A stretch of DNA of 64,000 nt from Peribolospora baueri (taxonomy: Eukaryota): positions 1 through 64,000 of the forward strand of contig JAMDHS010000044.1 in assembly GCA_029717555.1 (NCBI GenBank). Reading direction: 5' to 3'. Of this stretch, positions 10,285 through 21,430 are shown piece after piece. The notes under the pieces were generated by a model. It was not told the origin of the DNA, did no database searches, and was given only the letters and a program-made list of their open reading frames with translations. Each line of letters opens with the position of its first letter. The stretch's first letter is position 1. Position numbers and translations under genes: made by a program.

Positions 10285-12497
10285 TTAGGCGAGGTCCTGC
10301 TTGAGGACGAAGCGGTAGCGAACTGTAGAGACGAGAAGGGACGGAAGAAAAAGTGAGGAGCATGGCCATGAGGAGGGCATCCTACGACTGCGAGTGAGCG
10401 AACCCCGCAATGCGTCCCGAGAAGGACCACGCGTGGGCACTCACTGTCGTTCTCGTAGACCCTCTTGACGGCCTTTCCGGCGTCCTTCATGTCCAGGACC
10501 TCGACCCAAGGCTTGATGTTCTGCTTGGCAGCGAGGTCGAGCATCTCCAGCGCCTCCTCCTTGGAGCCAATGTGCGACGAGCCGAGGAAGCAGCCGTTCA
10601 TGGCTGAAGTGAGTGAAACAGGATGGGATGGGAGGATGCGTACGATAGAGAAGGCGGACGAGTGAGTGAACCGGCAGACTGCTTGCAGAGGAATCGGATG
10701 CTGCATAAACAAAGATTTAAGTTGGATAGCTCACAGAACGAGTTCGAGTCCAAGCTCTCATACTTGTCGTTGGGCATGCCGACGAAGACCAACTTGCCGT
10801 GCACCTTGAGAGTGCTAAGCATCTTCTCGATCGGCACCTGGTTAGAGGAGGCTGAGCAGATAATAATGTCGAGCGAGCACTTGTTCTTGTCGAAGAAGTC
10901 CGGCTCCTCCTTGGTGCTGACGAAGGTGCTAGCGCCCATCTTGAGCGCGTCCTCCTTCTTGGAGGGAGAGTGGGAGATGGCTGCCAGTGATATTGTGGTG
11001 GGACGTCAGCGCCGTGCATGCTGGTGGCAAACAGCCGAGATGGATTGTTAGGATAAGCCGAATTAAGACATCGTGCGCTCACCGACGACTTCAGCGCCCA
11101 GAGCCTTGGCAAACATGATACCGAAGTGGCCGAGACCGCCGATGCCGACGATACCAACGCGCTTGCCGGGACCGGCGCCGTTGCGGCGGAGCGGGGAGTA
11201 AACAGTGAGGCCGGCGCACATCATGGGAGCTAAACGGGAAGGAGAAGCGGTGCACAACAGATGAGGAAGGTGTGAACGGTCTGAGAACTTTTAGATAATC
11301 TGTAAGAGTCATTGTGGTCACTCACCGGCGTCCTCGCTAGCCAGACCCTCGGGAATGGGAAAGACGAACTGCTCGTGGACGCGGATGGCGCTCGAATAGC
11401 CGCCCTGAGCGATCGAGCCGTCAGGGTACTTGCTGTTGTAGGTGTCTGCCGAAAGGAAGGGCGTACATGTCCGTGAGCAAATCTGCGGCAACGGAACAGA
11501 CACAAGGAGGGCCGCTCCGAGCTACGTCTGGGACTGAATGAAAGACGCACCAACGGGAGCAACGAGGCAGTAGTTCTCATTGCTCGTCTTGCAAGACCCG
11601 CACTCCATGCAGCTGCCTACCTGAGCACCGACGCCAACGCGGTCGCCGACCTTAATGCCGTTCACCTCGGGGCCGACGTTGGTGACGTGACCGACCTGGT
11701 ATTGATAGGGGAGTGCATAGGCATAAGGAACGAAGGAGAAAAGGGTCATTGTCAGATGAGGGAAACTTTGGAACTGAGTAAGCTCCATAAGGAGGAAAAA
11801 TACTCACAATCTCGTGGCCGACGACGCAGGGCTTGACAGAAAGCTCACCCCATCCTCCGGTGATGGTCTATCGGTGAGTACAACAGGAAAGAGTCGGAGT
11901 ATTAACGACGATCGCATCAATACACGCGGACAAGAAAGACAGCCGACAGGGAACTTTGGGAATTGTACAGCTTTCCAGGACACCCTTTCCTGCGCCCTGG
12001 TAGAAGAACGAAATCGCCTCCAGGCGACTCCAGACAAAAAGCTTTCGAACAAATACGCAGCGCTCCCCCTCGCCTGCATTTGCGAACCCGTTACCAGCAT
12101 CTTTGCCTGCATTTCTCGCTTTCCTCTCTGTCTTGCGGTCCTTTTCCTTCTGAAACCCTTGCCACTCCCACAGATTGGGCCTCCCCGAAGGGACACTCAC
12201 ATGAACGTCCGAACCACAGACACCGCAGTGGGTGATGGCAACGTCAATGTCCTTGGGGCCGGGCTTCTTGAGCTCGTAGTCAATGACCTTGAAGTCGGTC
12301 CAGTGCTTGGTGTCTACAGGAGGGAAGCGTTGAGTGGACAAAGGGAGGGAAGGAGAGAAGGCGAAAGAGAATGATTGGATGCGTGGTGGGCCAGAGAGAG
12401 AACTGCGGTGAGCTCCATCCGTGTGTCGTCGTCTCCGCCATCGACGAGGTCGCCCAAGAAGAGACTGACCGTGGATGGCGTATCCCTTGGCAGACAT
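10285..12497 (-). CDS. Zn-dependent NADP alcohol dehydrogenase (cinnamyl-ADH / Adh6-like), multi-exon
   Basis: [46 protein letters not shown] and GIGGLGH motifs. Ends [12 protein letters not shown]. Confidence 0.93.
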
Positions 12498-13198
12498 GTT
12501 GGCGAGCTGTTTTCTATCGTAAGCGGGATGGGGTGTAAGGAGGACGGTACGGTACACACGCCGTGGACGAAAGTGGAGTGAGGACTGGGACGGTAGCGGA
12601 TGGTGACGGGGAAGGTGGTAAAGAATGGGGAAGGGGGAGAGGCGCTTCGTTAAAAACGAAGCGAGCCACCTCTCGTCCCCGCTCTCTTTCCGTCGCATCT
12701 TCTTCCACCACGTTCCATTCGCCTGCCGTCTCTCCCCCAGTTGTTGGCCAGCCAACCATTTGCTTCCATTCCCGTCGCCTGTCGATGTCTTGACACGATC
12801 TGATCTGCCTCCCTGCGCAGGTGGAGGGCCGGCTGTGTATCGGCCTCTGCGTCATTGACAGCTATATCCTGTAGACCCGTCTTCTCGGCCGAGCCAGATA
12901 ACGTCTTCTCGTCCGGGCGGCCTTCGGACCGGACGCCGAGTCCCGTCATGCTCGACTAGACCTGGGGGCCGAGAGGTTGAGTTGGTGGTGGTCAGGTTGG
13001 CCGAGTGTGTGACTCTCTGACCAAACAAATCCCACTGCGACTATCTTCTTTCGCTCCAAACCTGTCACGGATCAGCAAGCCGCAGTCGCTGTACCAGTCT
13101 TCCAGTTATAATTTGATGTATTCAATCGACATGAAAGGAAAAAAAAAAAAACTTCCTGGAGTAGCAAAAAAATTGAAATGAAAAAAAGAACGAACATC

Positions 13199-13278
13199 CT
13201 CCGAGACCGGGAATCGAACCCGGGACTGGTGCGAGCGAATTTGACAGGCACCCGTGTTAGCCACTATACCATCTCGGA
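13199..13278 (-). tRNA. tRNA-Asp(GUC) with an 8-nt intron
   Basis: Acceptor stem TCCGAGA/TCTCGGA, A box TGGTATAGTGG, anticodon arm GGTGC-CTGTCA[AATTCGCT]C-GCACC, B box GGTTCGATTCC, and a T7 terminator just downstream (A7 at 13181-13187 on +). Confidence 0.95.
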
Positions 13279-13757
13279 CTGAATATGAACCTATGCCATA
13301 TATTTCGTCTACAATCTAAGAGTCATCATGCACAGCAAGTGAAAACCAGACGAAGTGAAAACCAGACAACTCCCTGAAGAAGATTCCTGAGCTGTCAGCG
13401 TGTTGATAAAACCTCAGACCCCGCACTGTGGATTCGCCCGCCATGCTGCCTGTGTGAAAGTTACAGTGTCTGCAGACCGTTACTCCCTGCTAGGGAAGGC
13501 CACGTCGGTTGCTAGTGCTCCAAATGCACAACGGGCGACGGGAACTATGTAGTCGTCGAGACACACCCAGCACCTGGCGTCTATGGCTTTCCCTGAGACA
13601 GATCACCCCGCTCAAACATACGCTCATAGGCAAGCCTGAAAGCCCACAACGAGTTGCAATGACCGCTGTGTAAAGAGGAAAGATAGAGGTACATGATAGG
13701 AGGAGAAGATCGATCATGTGCGAGTGTAGCATAATGCGAACGCTCAAGTGGGTTTTT

Positions 13758-14974
13758 TTAGTTCATCCTGCAGTGTTGGACGTAATAAAAAAGGAATGAG
13801 CGACATGGACAGAACGCGATGCAGTATATATTGACTGGAGAGCACGACGGCGAATACTCACTGCCTGATGAGCTTGTTGATGAAGACGCCCTGCTCGCCG
13901 GTGCTGTTGAAAAAGAAAAGGACGAGAACATTCCATCAGCTCAGCTCCTCTCGTCGCACTAGTGGCAGCCGATATAGCAGCCAGCACATCCAAACTCACT
14001 TTCCGCCCTCGACAAAGTGCTTGAACTTCCTGGGCCTGTAACCGCCGGTGGCCGAGCTCAGCTTGAAGGGCCAGAGGAAGTTGCTGACCTGCTTGAAGTT
14101 GGGGCCAGCGGTGGCGATCTCGTGGACAACATCCTCGATGGAGATGATGCCGTACTTGCCGAGCTGCTCCTCGATGATCGCGTTGTCAATCAGAGGAATG
14201 CGCTGCTTGTTAACCTTGGCGTAGCCGCGCTTGTAGATGAGCTCGCGGACGCTCTTCAGGTTGGGCTCGCCGTAAGCGACGTAGGGCTCGACGAGCTGAA
14301 GCATCTGCGCCGTGGCCTTGGTGACCTTGATGAAAACACCGTTGTTGATCTGCAGGAGGCGAAGGAGCTGCAAGATCTTGCGGGGCTTAGGGGCGATGTT
14401 GTTGATACCGCGAAGACGGATCACAAAGACCACCTTGGGCTCGGCGGGAACGTAGAAGTCGCCAGTAGAACGAGCGAGGCGGCGAAGGCGGATCTCCTCG
14501 CGCTCCTTCTCGCGGTACTCGTTGACATACTGCTCGGCGCGCTTGAAGATGACCTCACGCTTGGCCTTGCGAGCCTGTCGTGCAGGGCGCAGCAGAAAAG
14601 AGAAAAAGGAAAAGAGCCTCCATCAGAATGGATCCCGACCGGCCATCCGGCTCCCTCGACTTTGCTCCCCAGCCGTATAACGGCCGCCCGCCTGTTCCCA
14701 TTCCTAAACCCAGTCATCCTAAAAATGTCTCGTCTTTCTTCCCCGTAGCCTAGCTAGTTAGAAGAGCTCACCTTGCGGGCCTCAGCCGCCTTCGCAGCCT
14801 TCTCCTCACGAGTCTTCTCGTTGGTCTTGCGTTTCTTGAGCAAGGTCTCGGGGACCTCGACCTGCTGAACAGTGGGGACGGTGCTGGAATGCAGAAGAAA
14901 GGCAAGCAGCGCAACCGTCAGTCGCTGCGCTCCACAAACGTGAGGACAATAAGCAGCATTCACCTGGACGCCAT
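13758..14974 (-). CDS. RPL7: 60S ribosomal protein L7 (uL30), about 5 exons
   Basis: [54 protein letters not shown] and NFLWPFKLS motifs. Micro first exon (ATGGCGTCCAG) and micro last exon (G-ATG-AAC-TAA). Confidence 0.96.
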
Positions 14975-15117
14975 TGCGAAAGCCACGTAGCGATGCGACG
15001 AAGGCGAGTCTTGAGGGATGGGTGGCTGAGAGGAGCGACAGAGCAAACTGGAAGGAATTCCAGGACGGCTTCCTGTGCGGGAGCGTGCGAGAACGTGCAG
15101 GTCGCGTACCAAAGAGC

Positions 15118-15130
15118 AACCCTAACCCTA
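15118..15130. promoter_or_regulatory. Telo-box-like motif AACCCTAACCCTA in the RPL7/SNX41 divergent promoter
   Basis: Two telomere units about 150 bp upstream of the RPL7 ATG. Tbf1-type factors bind such sites at ribosomal-protein promoters in some fungi. Confidence 0.45.
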
Positions 15131-15297
15131 GGCTTACAGTTTTGTTGTCGTCGTGGCACGTGAGAGATGCACGTGAGCGACTGCGGTGCATCCGCTGCGC
15201 CGGCTGGTCGATCGGCTGGTCGTGACGTCTCAGTAGAGACGCGAGGGACGGGTCTACGTAGCAGATGCCACCGAGCACTACGACGACGACGACGACG

Positions 15298-18263
15298 ATG
15301 GCGGACTACGCGGATGAACCAGATATCAACCCCTTCCAACTTCCTGAAGATGAGGACGATCCCAACAGCCGGTCTCGGACTCCGCCATTGGATCGAGGTT
15401 CGGACGAGCGGAGACACAATGGCGCGGACGAGAGAGCGGAGGAGGACAGCGACGAGGCCAGGACGAGCACACCGAGGCAGGGCCAGCGACGATCTTTGGC
15501 AGTGGATGGAAGGGAGGAGGAGGAAGAGGTGAGCAGATTGTTTGAACCTTAGTGTAGCTTGTCGTAGCTCCCTCACCGCTCTCGCTTGTTCTTCCAGGCT
15601 CCCAATTGCTGTCTGCTAGACAAGTACCTTCGCGACACTCCTCCCTTGTCCGGCCCTCTAATACAGGTGAGAAGCTTGGAGCAGTGCTCAGCCTTTGCTA
15701 AGATTCCGTTTCTGGATGCTCAGTCTTTGTGTTGCTTGCGGTCAGATTACTGATGCGCAGAAGACGACGGACGTGACGAAATCTTCCTTCATCGCATACG
15801 TGATCCAAACGGGGGTGAGCCTACCTGTCTGCCTCGGCTTGCCTCACTCTGATGAAGTGCACCAACCTCGTTTTGATGCATGCCATTTATGGTTTCAACC
15901 CATCGCTTTTAACTATTCGCTCGTCCGTCTGTCAATCACCCCTCAGGCCTACTCCTCGCGACATCGCTACTCCGAGTTCGAGGCACTGCGTACCTCGCTT
16001 GTCTCCCTCCACCCCACGCTTATAATACCTCCCATTCCTTCCAAACACACTCTTGGGGACTATGCCGTTAAGCAGAGCAAGGCGAAAGAGGATGCGACCA
16101 TGATCGCTAGGAGGAAGCGCATGCTTCAGATGTTCTTGAACAGGCTCGCCAAACATCCGACCTTGAAGCATGAGCATGTGCTACACCGTTTCTTAGAAGG
16201 GAGGACCTCTTGGGTAGGCATTGATGGCAACGTTCATTGGCAATGGTGCGATGTCATTTCCTGACCTTTGATGACGTCTGACGTGGTAAATCATCTTTCA
16301 CCTACTAGGCCGAGATCGTCTCCACACCACCCCTCTCCGCACTGCCAAAAAATTCTCTCAAGGCTCCCGCTCGACGTCCAACAGAGTTACCCTCTACGTC
16401 AGCCGGGGCGGCCTACGCCGCCCTGCCGACGCCCTCTGCCACGAGCCAGTTGCGCCAGCCAAACCAGAGGTTCCTCGATTCGGAGGCATTCACTAACCGG
16501 TTTTCGAACCATTTGGGGGGAACAATGGAGAGGGTCAATCGAAGAGTTGTCAAGAGATGGAGTGGTGAGACTGCCGTTTTGCCTATTGATCAATCGCTAT
16601 CCGGCGCTGCCTTCGGAGGATCGTATGATCGCCATCCCCCTCCCTCCTAACTAATCTTCGTGCCTCTCCTCCTTCGTCATTCTAGAACTGTCCGGTGATT
16701 ATTCCGAAATGGGCGCCCGCCTCAACGGATACAGCTTGACCGAGAATGGGGCGCTCGCGGAAGCGATCGAGAAGACAGGGCAGGCGGTGGATGCGACGTA
16801 CTTGACGATCGGTCATTTAGTGAGCACCATAGAGATCGAGAATAATCCACGCGCTCGCCTTTTGCGAGGGCATGGAAAGCTGAAACGTATTTCCTTTTAC
16901 GTCCCAGCTTCAGTCCTGGGAGGCCGGCTTCACGGAACCTCTGCACGAGATGACCCAGTTCGCGTCAATCATCCAGAAGCTTCTCAAATGGCGACACATG
17001 AAGCATCTTCAGTATGAAATGGCGCAGGATCAGCTGGAAGCAAAGCGGATCACGCTGGACGAGTTGGAGAGGTCCGAGGCTGAGGCAAAGAGGTTGGACG
17101 CCGCGCTCGAGAGGGGTAGGGAGGGATTGGCGGCACTGGGTATCGGGGGCACGATGTCAGGTTCCGGCGTTAGTGGGTCGACGTACGCCGGGTCGGAAGA
17201 GCAGGCACAGAACCCGGACCTTTTGGCGCCGCCGGGAGTGAGAGAAGGCGACACGGCCTCTACCGGAGGAGAGCCCTCTTCTTCCGGCGTCCGCTCGCAG
17301 GACCGGTCAGCTTCGTCTCCAGGTCCTTCCGACTCGTCAACCTCAGTCACCGACTCCTCCCCCAGCTCGACCGAAGCGGTCAGCGCGACGGGCGAGTCTG
17401 CTCCCAACGGCGCGCCCATCTCTCCTTCTTCCTCTCACCACTCTGCTACCCCCACTGCTTCTTCTCACGAGGGTTTCGGTCGGGGTCCTCACACGTCTTC
17501 CTCGTCCTCTTCACCGGCGTACTACGGGCGAGGGGGAGCGGGGAGCGTGAGTCCGACGAGGAGCGGTGGCGGGGGTGGGTACGGCTTCTTGGGAGCGCTC
17601 AGTCACACGTTCCAAGGAATCATGGATGTCGATCCCGAGGCTACGAGGAGGAATAATATTGGCAAGACAAGGGAAGGAATTGCGGCGGTGAGTGGAATGG
17701 AGTCTTTCCCTCTTTTTTTCAGGAAGCGGACCATCGCTGATAGTGAAGAGCTGACCTGTCACCTCACTTACCTCGTTCCTCTGCAACTGCTACAACTCCC
17801 TAGCTCGAGGAAGCCCTGACGCTATCCACCAGCGACCTTCGTTACGCTCAGACGGCCATCCAGCAGGACTTGGACCGATTCCAGCGCCAGAAGGTAGCCG
17901 ACATTCGTGACATGGTTATCGAGTTCGCAATGTTCCACAAGGAGTTTTGTAGGGTCGTGAGTGGGCCCGGTTGCGATTTCCATGTTTTCGTCATATTCGG
18001 TTTGGCCAGGTCATGCCAGATGCGCTGAGTACTTATTTTCTCGTGTCATACAGAATCTCCAACACTGGAAAGAGGCGCGCGCGGCCATTGACAGGATCGA
18101 GGACGATCCCAGCCGACCTCCACCTTCCGTCCTCGCTGCGGGCTCGTCGTCGCCCGCTTCTCCTTTGGCCGTTTCCGGCGCCGCGGGCGGGACGCCGGGA
18201 GGTCACCAGCCCAGTGCGACGCATACGGCGCGAAGGAGCTTGAGTGGCGGCGAGGTGGCATGA
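15298..18263 (+). CDS. PX-BAR sorting nexin, Snx41/Atg20 family, multi-exon
   Basis: PX motif [13 protein letters not shown]...[13 protein letters not shown]...[16 protein letters not shown] region with [19 protein letters not shown] and [10 protein letters not shown]. Confidence 0.9.
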
Positions 18264-18699
18264 GATGTGTGCGGGGACAACACCTTCCCTCGTCTGTTTC
18301 TCCACTCTGATGTCTATTCGCTAGCCCTGCTGGTCCCTATTCTACCATCCGTCCCTTGCTCCTGTCATCGTGCCATCCTCCCTGCTCCGCCCGCTTTTTT
18401 TCCTGCCTTTTATTGTGCCAACAATAAGATACCGTCGCGTTTTCGTATTGATTCCTCCGTTCTTTGAATGCCATCGGAGAGAAGGAGGTGGGGTGGGAAA
18501 GACGCTGCCATGTAATTCTACGTCGCATGAGAGTCAGACGGAGCGACCGCGCGTTCGAAAGCCGGGCCATCCCCATTTCGGAACGACACTGCTAACCTTC
18601 AGTCGGCCAATCCAGGCCTGTCATGTTTCGTCCTGCCTTGCCCAGCCAAGTGGAGTGCGATACATAGGTGTCAGTGATATGCTTTCAGAGCGCCCGGGA

Positions 18700-21080
18700 A
18701 GGCTGATGAACCAGGATTTATGAGTGGACGCTCGGTCGCCAAAAGCCGGTCCCATTCTATCTCCGCCTTATCTTACCATCCCATGTAGGCAAAGGGATGC
18801 ACGGCCTTGTGCACAGAAACAGGGAGGACAGAGCGTCTAAGTACCGAGATATCCACTGCTGTCACCCCTTCCGTGGCCCTTATTTGTACCACTCGACCTG
18901 CTGAGCTGAACCGCCTCTGACCTAGTCCAAACTTTGGTTCCAAAAGCTGGCGAGTTGTGACCTTGGCAGCAATGTCTCCAAAAGGTGGCCATGATCACAA
19001 GCTTCGACGCCGAGGAGGCCGAAAGGGATGCGCCTGAGGAAAGCGCTCAGGCGCATCGTCGGCTAGTTTCAGAGTCCCGACTCGGCCATGGATAATCTCG
19101 AAGAGCTCTGACATCATGTCGCTCTGTTTTCCTCATATTCCATCGTGCTTAAGATATCGACCAACCGTTAAATGCACAGCACACAGGCGCGACAGGATTC
19201 ACCCTGACGGAGACGACGTTTCCCGCGTTGGATGAAATGGCAAAGGAGGACAAATTACGTTTGAATATAGTCGGTCGTCAGCTGTACGACTTCGGCGAGA
19301 GCAATATCACTTAGTTGGGATGATTCTAGGAGAAAGTGGCTTGGTGAGGCTAGGCGAACTCGTGACTCCGTTCTGGTACTCTTAGGGTTGCCATTCAGAC
19401 CATTTGTCCAACTGGAACGGAAGACAGCTAACGTCGTTTGCGCTTCTGGGAACAGTCAAGTGCAAGCAGAGCTGGTCAATGCCCCGTGTGCAGTCGAACC
19501 TGAAATAGAGAAATTTCCGGAGAGACGGTGTGGACATGTTTGTTTGGTCCTCCGATGAGGGCCGCCCATGAGACCCTGGGACATTAGGAGGGCCGCCAAG
19601 AACGGCGCTCCCACTCGTGCCGACGTAGAGACTCACGGCGCGTCATCTCATCTACCTGCTGCCGTTGCAGGCCAGAGCGAGCTGGAAGGGCCCAGTGCGT
19701 TGCAGGTGGTGGAAGATTTTGTTGGTCGTATGGATTGCATGCTTCTGAGCATCGGCCGGATGTCGCTCATATCTACCCGCCATACTTTCAAGCAAGTCAG
19801 CAAGTCAATCAATCAGCTGAAATAATACCTGAAAGGGCCAGGTCGTCCGCGTCTGCCAGCGGTGATGGGATGGAAGATCGTATCGTCGAAGTAACCGTTC
19901 TCTTGCGCGAGGTCCTTGACTGACTGAAGGTGATCAACGTCATTTTGCACCGACTCAAGCGCGAGCAGAGTATGCAGCTTCGCAGACTGCAGCAAGAAGG
20001 TGTTGGGACGTAGATTGGAACGCCCGCCGTCCAGCGATTGTTGGGATAGTTCATCGTGACATCTAAGGCTGATCCCTCTCTTTAACGACCTCGACATCCA
20101 GTGCCCCTTGATCGCGGCCGCGACCGTTGAATATGTCGACTTCGCCTCTGCCTTATCGAATACTTCTCCCGTCCTCGACGTCATCGCCGGCATGTGCTTC
20201 ATGGGTGCGGCCGTAGCGCCTTCTTTGTTCATGCTGCTTGTCGGCTTCTTCGATCGACAATCCCTAGAAAGGTGACCTTTCTGTCCGCAGTTGAAGCAGG
20301 TTCGCCGTTCTTCCTGCATTACCGTGAGGTCCATGGGCTCGGGCGAAGACAGTCGATCCCCGATCGTTGCAGGAGGGGGTTGGAAGAGCTGCGCGGGTCG
20401 CTTCCATGTTCCCTTCCATCCCACCGACGGCAACGAGTGTTCATTCTTTTTGCTACGGCCCCTACCCACGGCTCGGTCGTAATCCATTGCGATCTGATAA
20501 ACATTATCCATGTCCGAGGCTCGATTGAGATGTAGGTGCGTCTGAAGCTCGTTCGGCAGAGGCCGGAGGAAGGCCTCGAAGCGTGTGATCATCTCGAAGG
20601 AAGCGGTTCGTTAATTTCGACGGCCCGTCGTCGTCCACCCCCTCGCTAGGCTTCAGCTCCTGCTGAAGGACGGCCTGCGGACTGAAGCAGAAGCGTAGGA
20701 AAGAAAGAGCGCCCGAGAAACTTGGTCGCTTATGGCGAGTTGGCCCTTGGGATTACCCTCACGCTGTCGGTGTGGTGTGAGTGCCTCAGGCGGTCCTTGT
20801 AAGGCCTTCACCGCCGGGCCACGCAGTCGCCGTTGCCCGAGAAAGGATGTACGAGCCATTGCGGGTGTGGACTATAGCTTACAATCTCTCTGTCTCCGGC
20901 GTTTTGTTGAATCGTTCCCTCAGCGTCTTGACCGTCGCGCGACACGCCTTTTTCATCTGGATGAAATTCCACCCAGACACGAGCGGACAGCCCTTCCACC
21001 GTGGGTAGCACAGGACTCATCCCGATAGTAGTGAACTGGACTAGGAAGCCTTTGAAGATCCCGGTTGGACTCATTCATAA
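18700..21080 (-). mobile_element. Degenerate Ty3/Gypsy-like LTR retrotransposon relic (gag plus integrase traces)
   Basis: ORF 19813-20592 has a capsid-like segment, PEPMDL and the CCHC knuckle CFNCGQKGHLSRDC. Weaker integrase-like traces (HGRPSSEDQTN, DKWSEW) lie near 19380-19600. No LTR pair found, and boundaries are approximate. Confidence 0.7.
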
Positions 21081-21430
21081 ACAAGGCAGTGAGCTGCGCC
21101 GGAAGTCCGAGCTCAGTATTTACTGTGATAGGTCTGACTGGAGCTGGCCGGCTTGTTAAGGTCTTGAAATCTTAGTAAGCTGGGGAGAAAAGGGGCCTTT
21201 CGAGATTCGCTCCGTGTAGCTTGCAGGGCTTCTTGCTCGGCTTTCGGGATTCGGATCGAAGACCGGTCGGACAAGGGCAGACGCTGGAAGTGACGAGGGA
21301 CGTTGTACGTGCTGTAGGCGGGTCCGATTAGGTGGATCGTACTCGGGCCTGAGGACGAAGGAGTGTCAAGATGTAGCGACCACAAGCCGCTTTCTCTTCC
21401 CAACCGAGACGGTCCTGAGCAGGATGGTGG

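Noticed and set aside
13337..13367. 16-bp tandem duplication AAGTGAAAACCAGAC upstream of the tRNA
   Set aside because: Real, but consistent with simple slippage and no function is evident.
14620..14722. Box C/D snoRNA in the RPL7 intron (yeast RPL7 introns host snoRNAs)
   Set aside because: The C box is imperfect (AGGATGA), the CTGA is equally explained as the branch point, and no rRNA complement was recognised.
19010..19030. CCGAGGAGGCCGAAAGG resembling a hammerhead core
   Set aside because: The core is mutated (no CUGA) and no closing GAAA follows. Probably chance.
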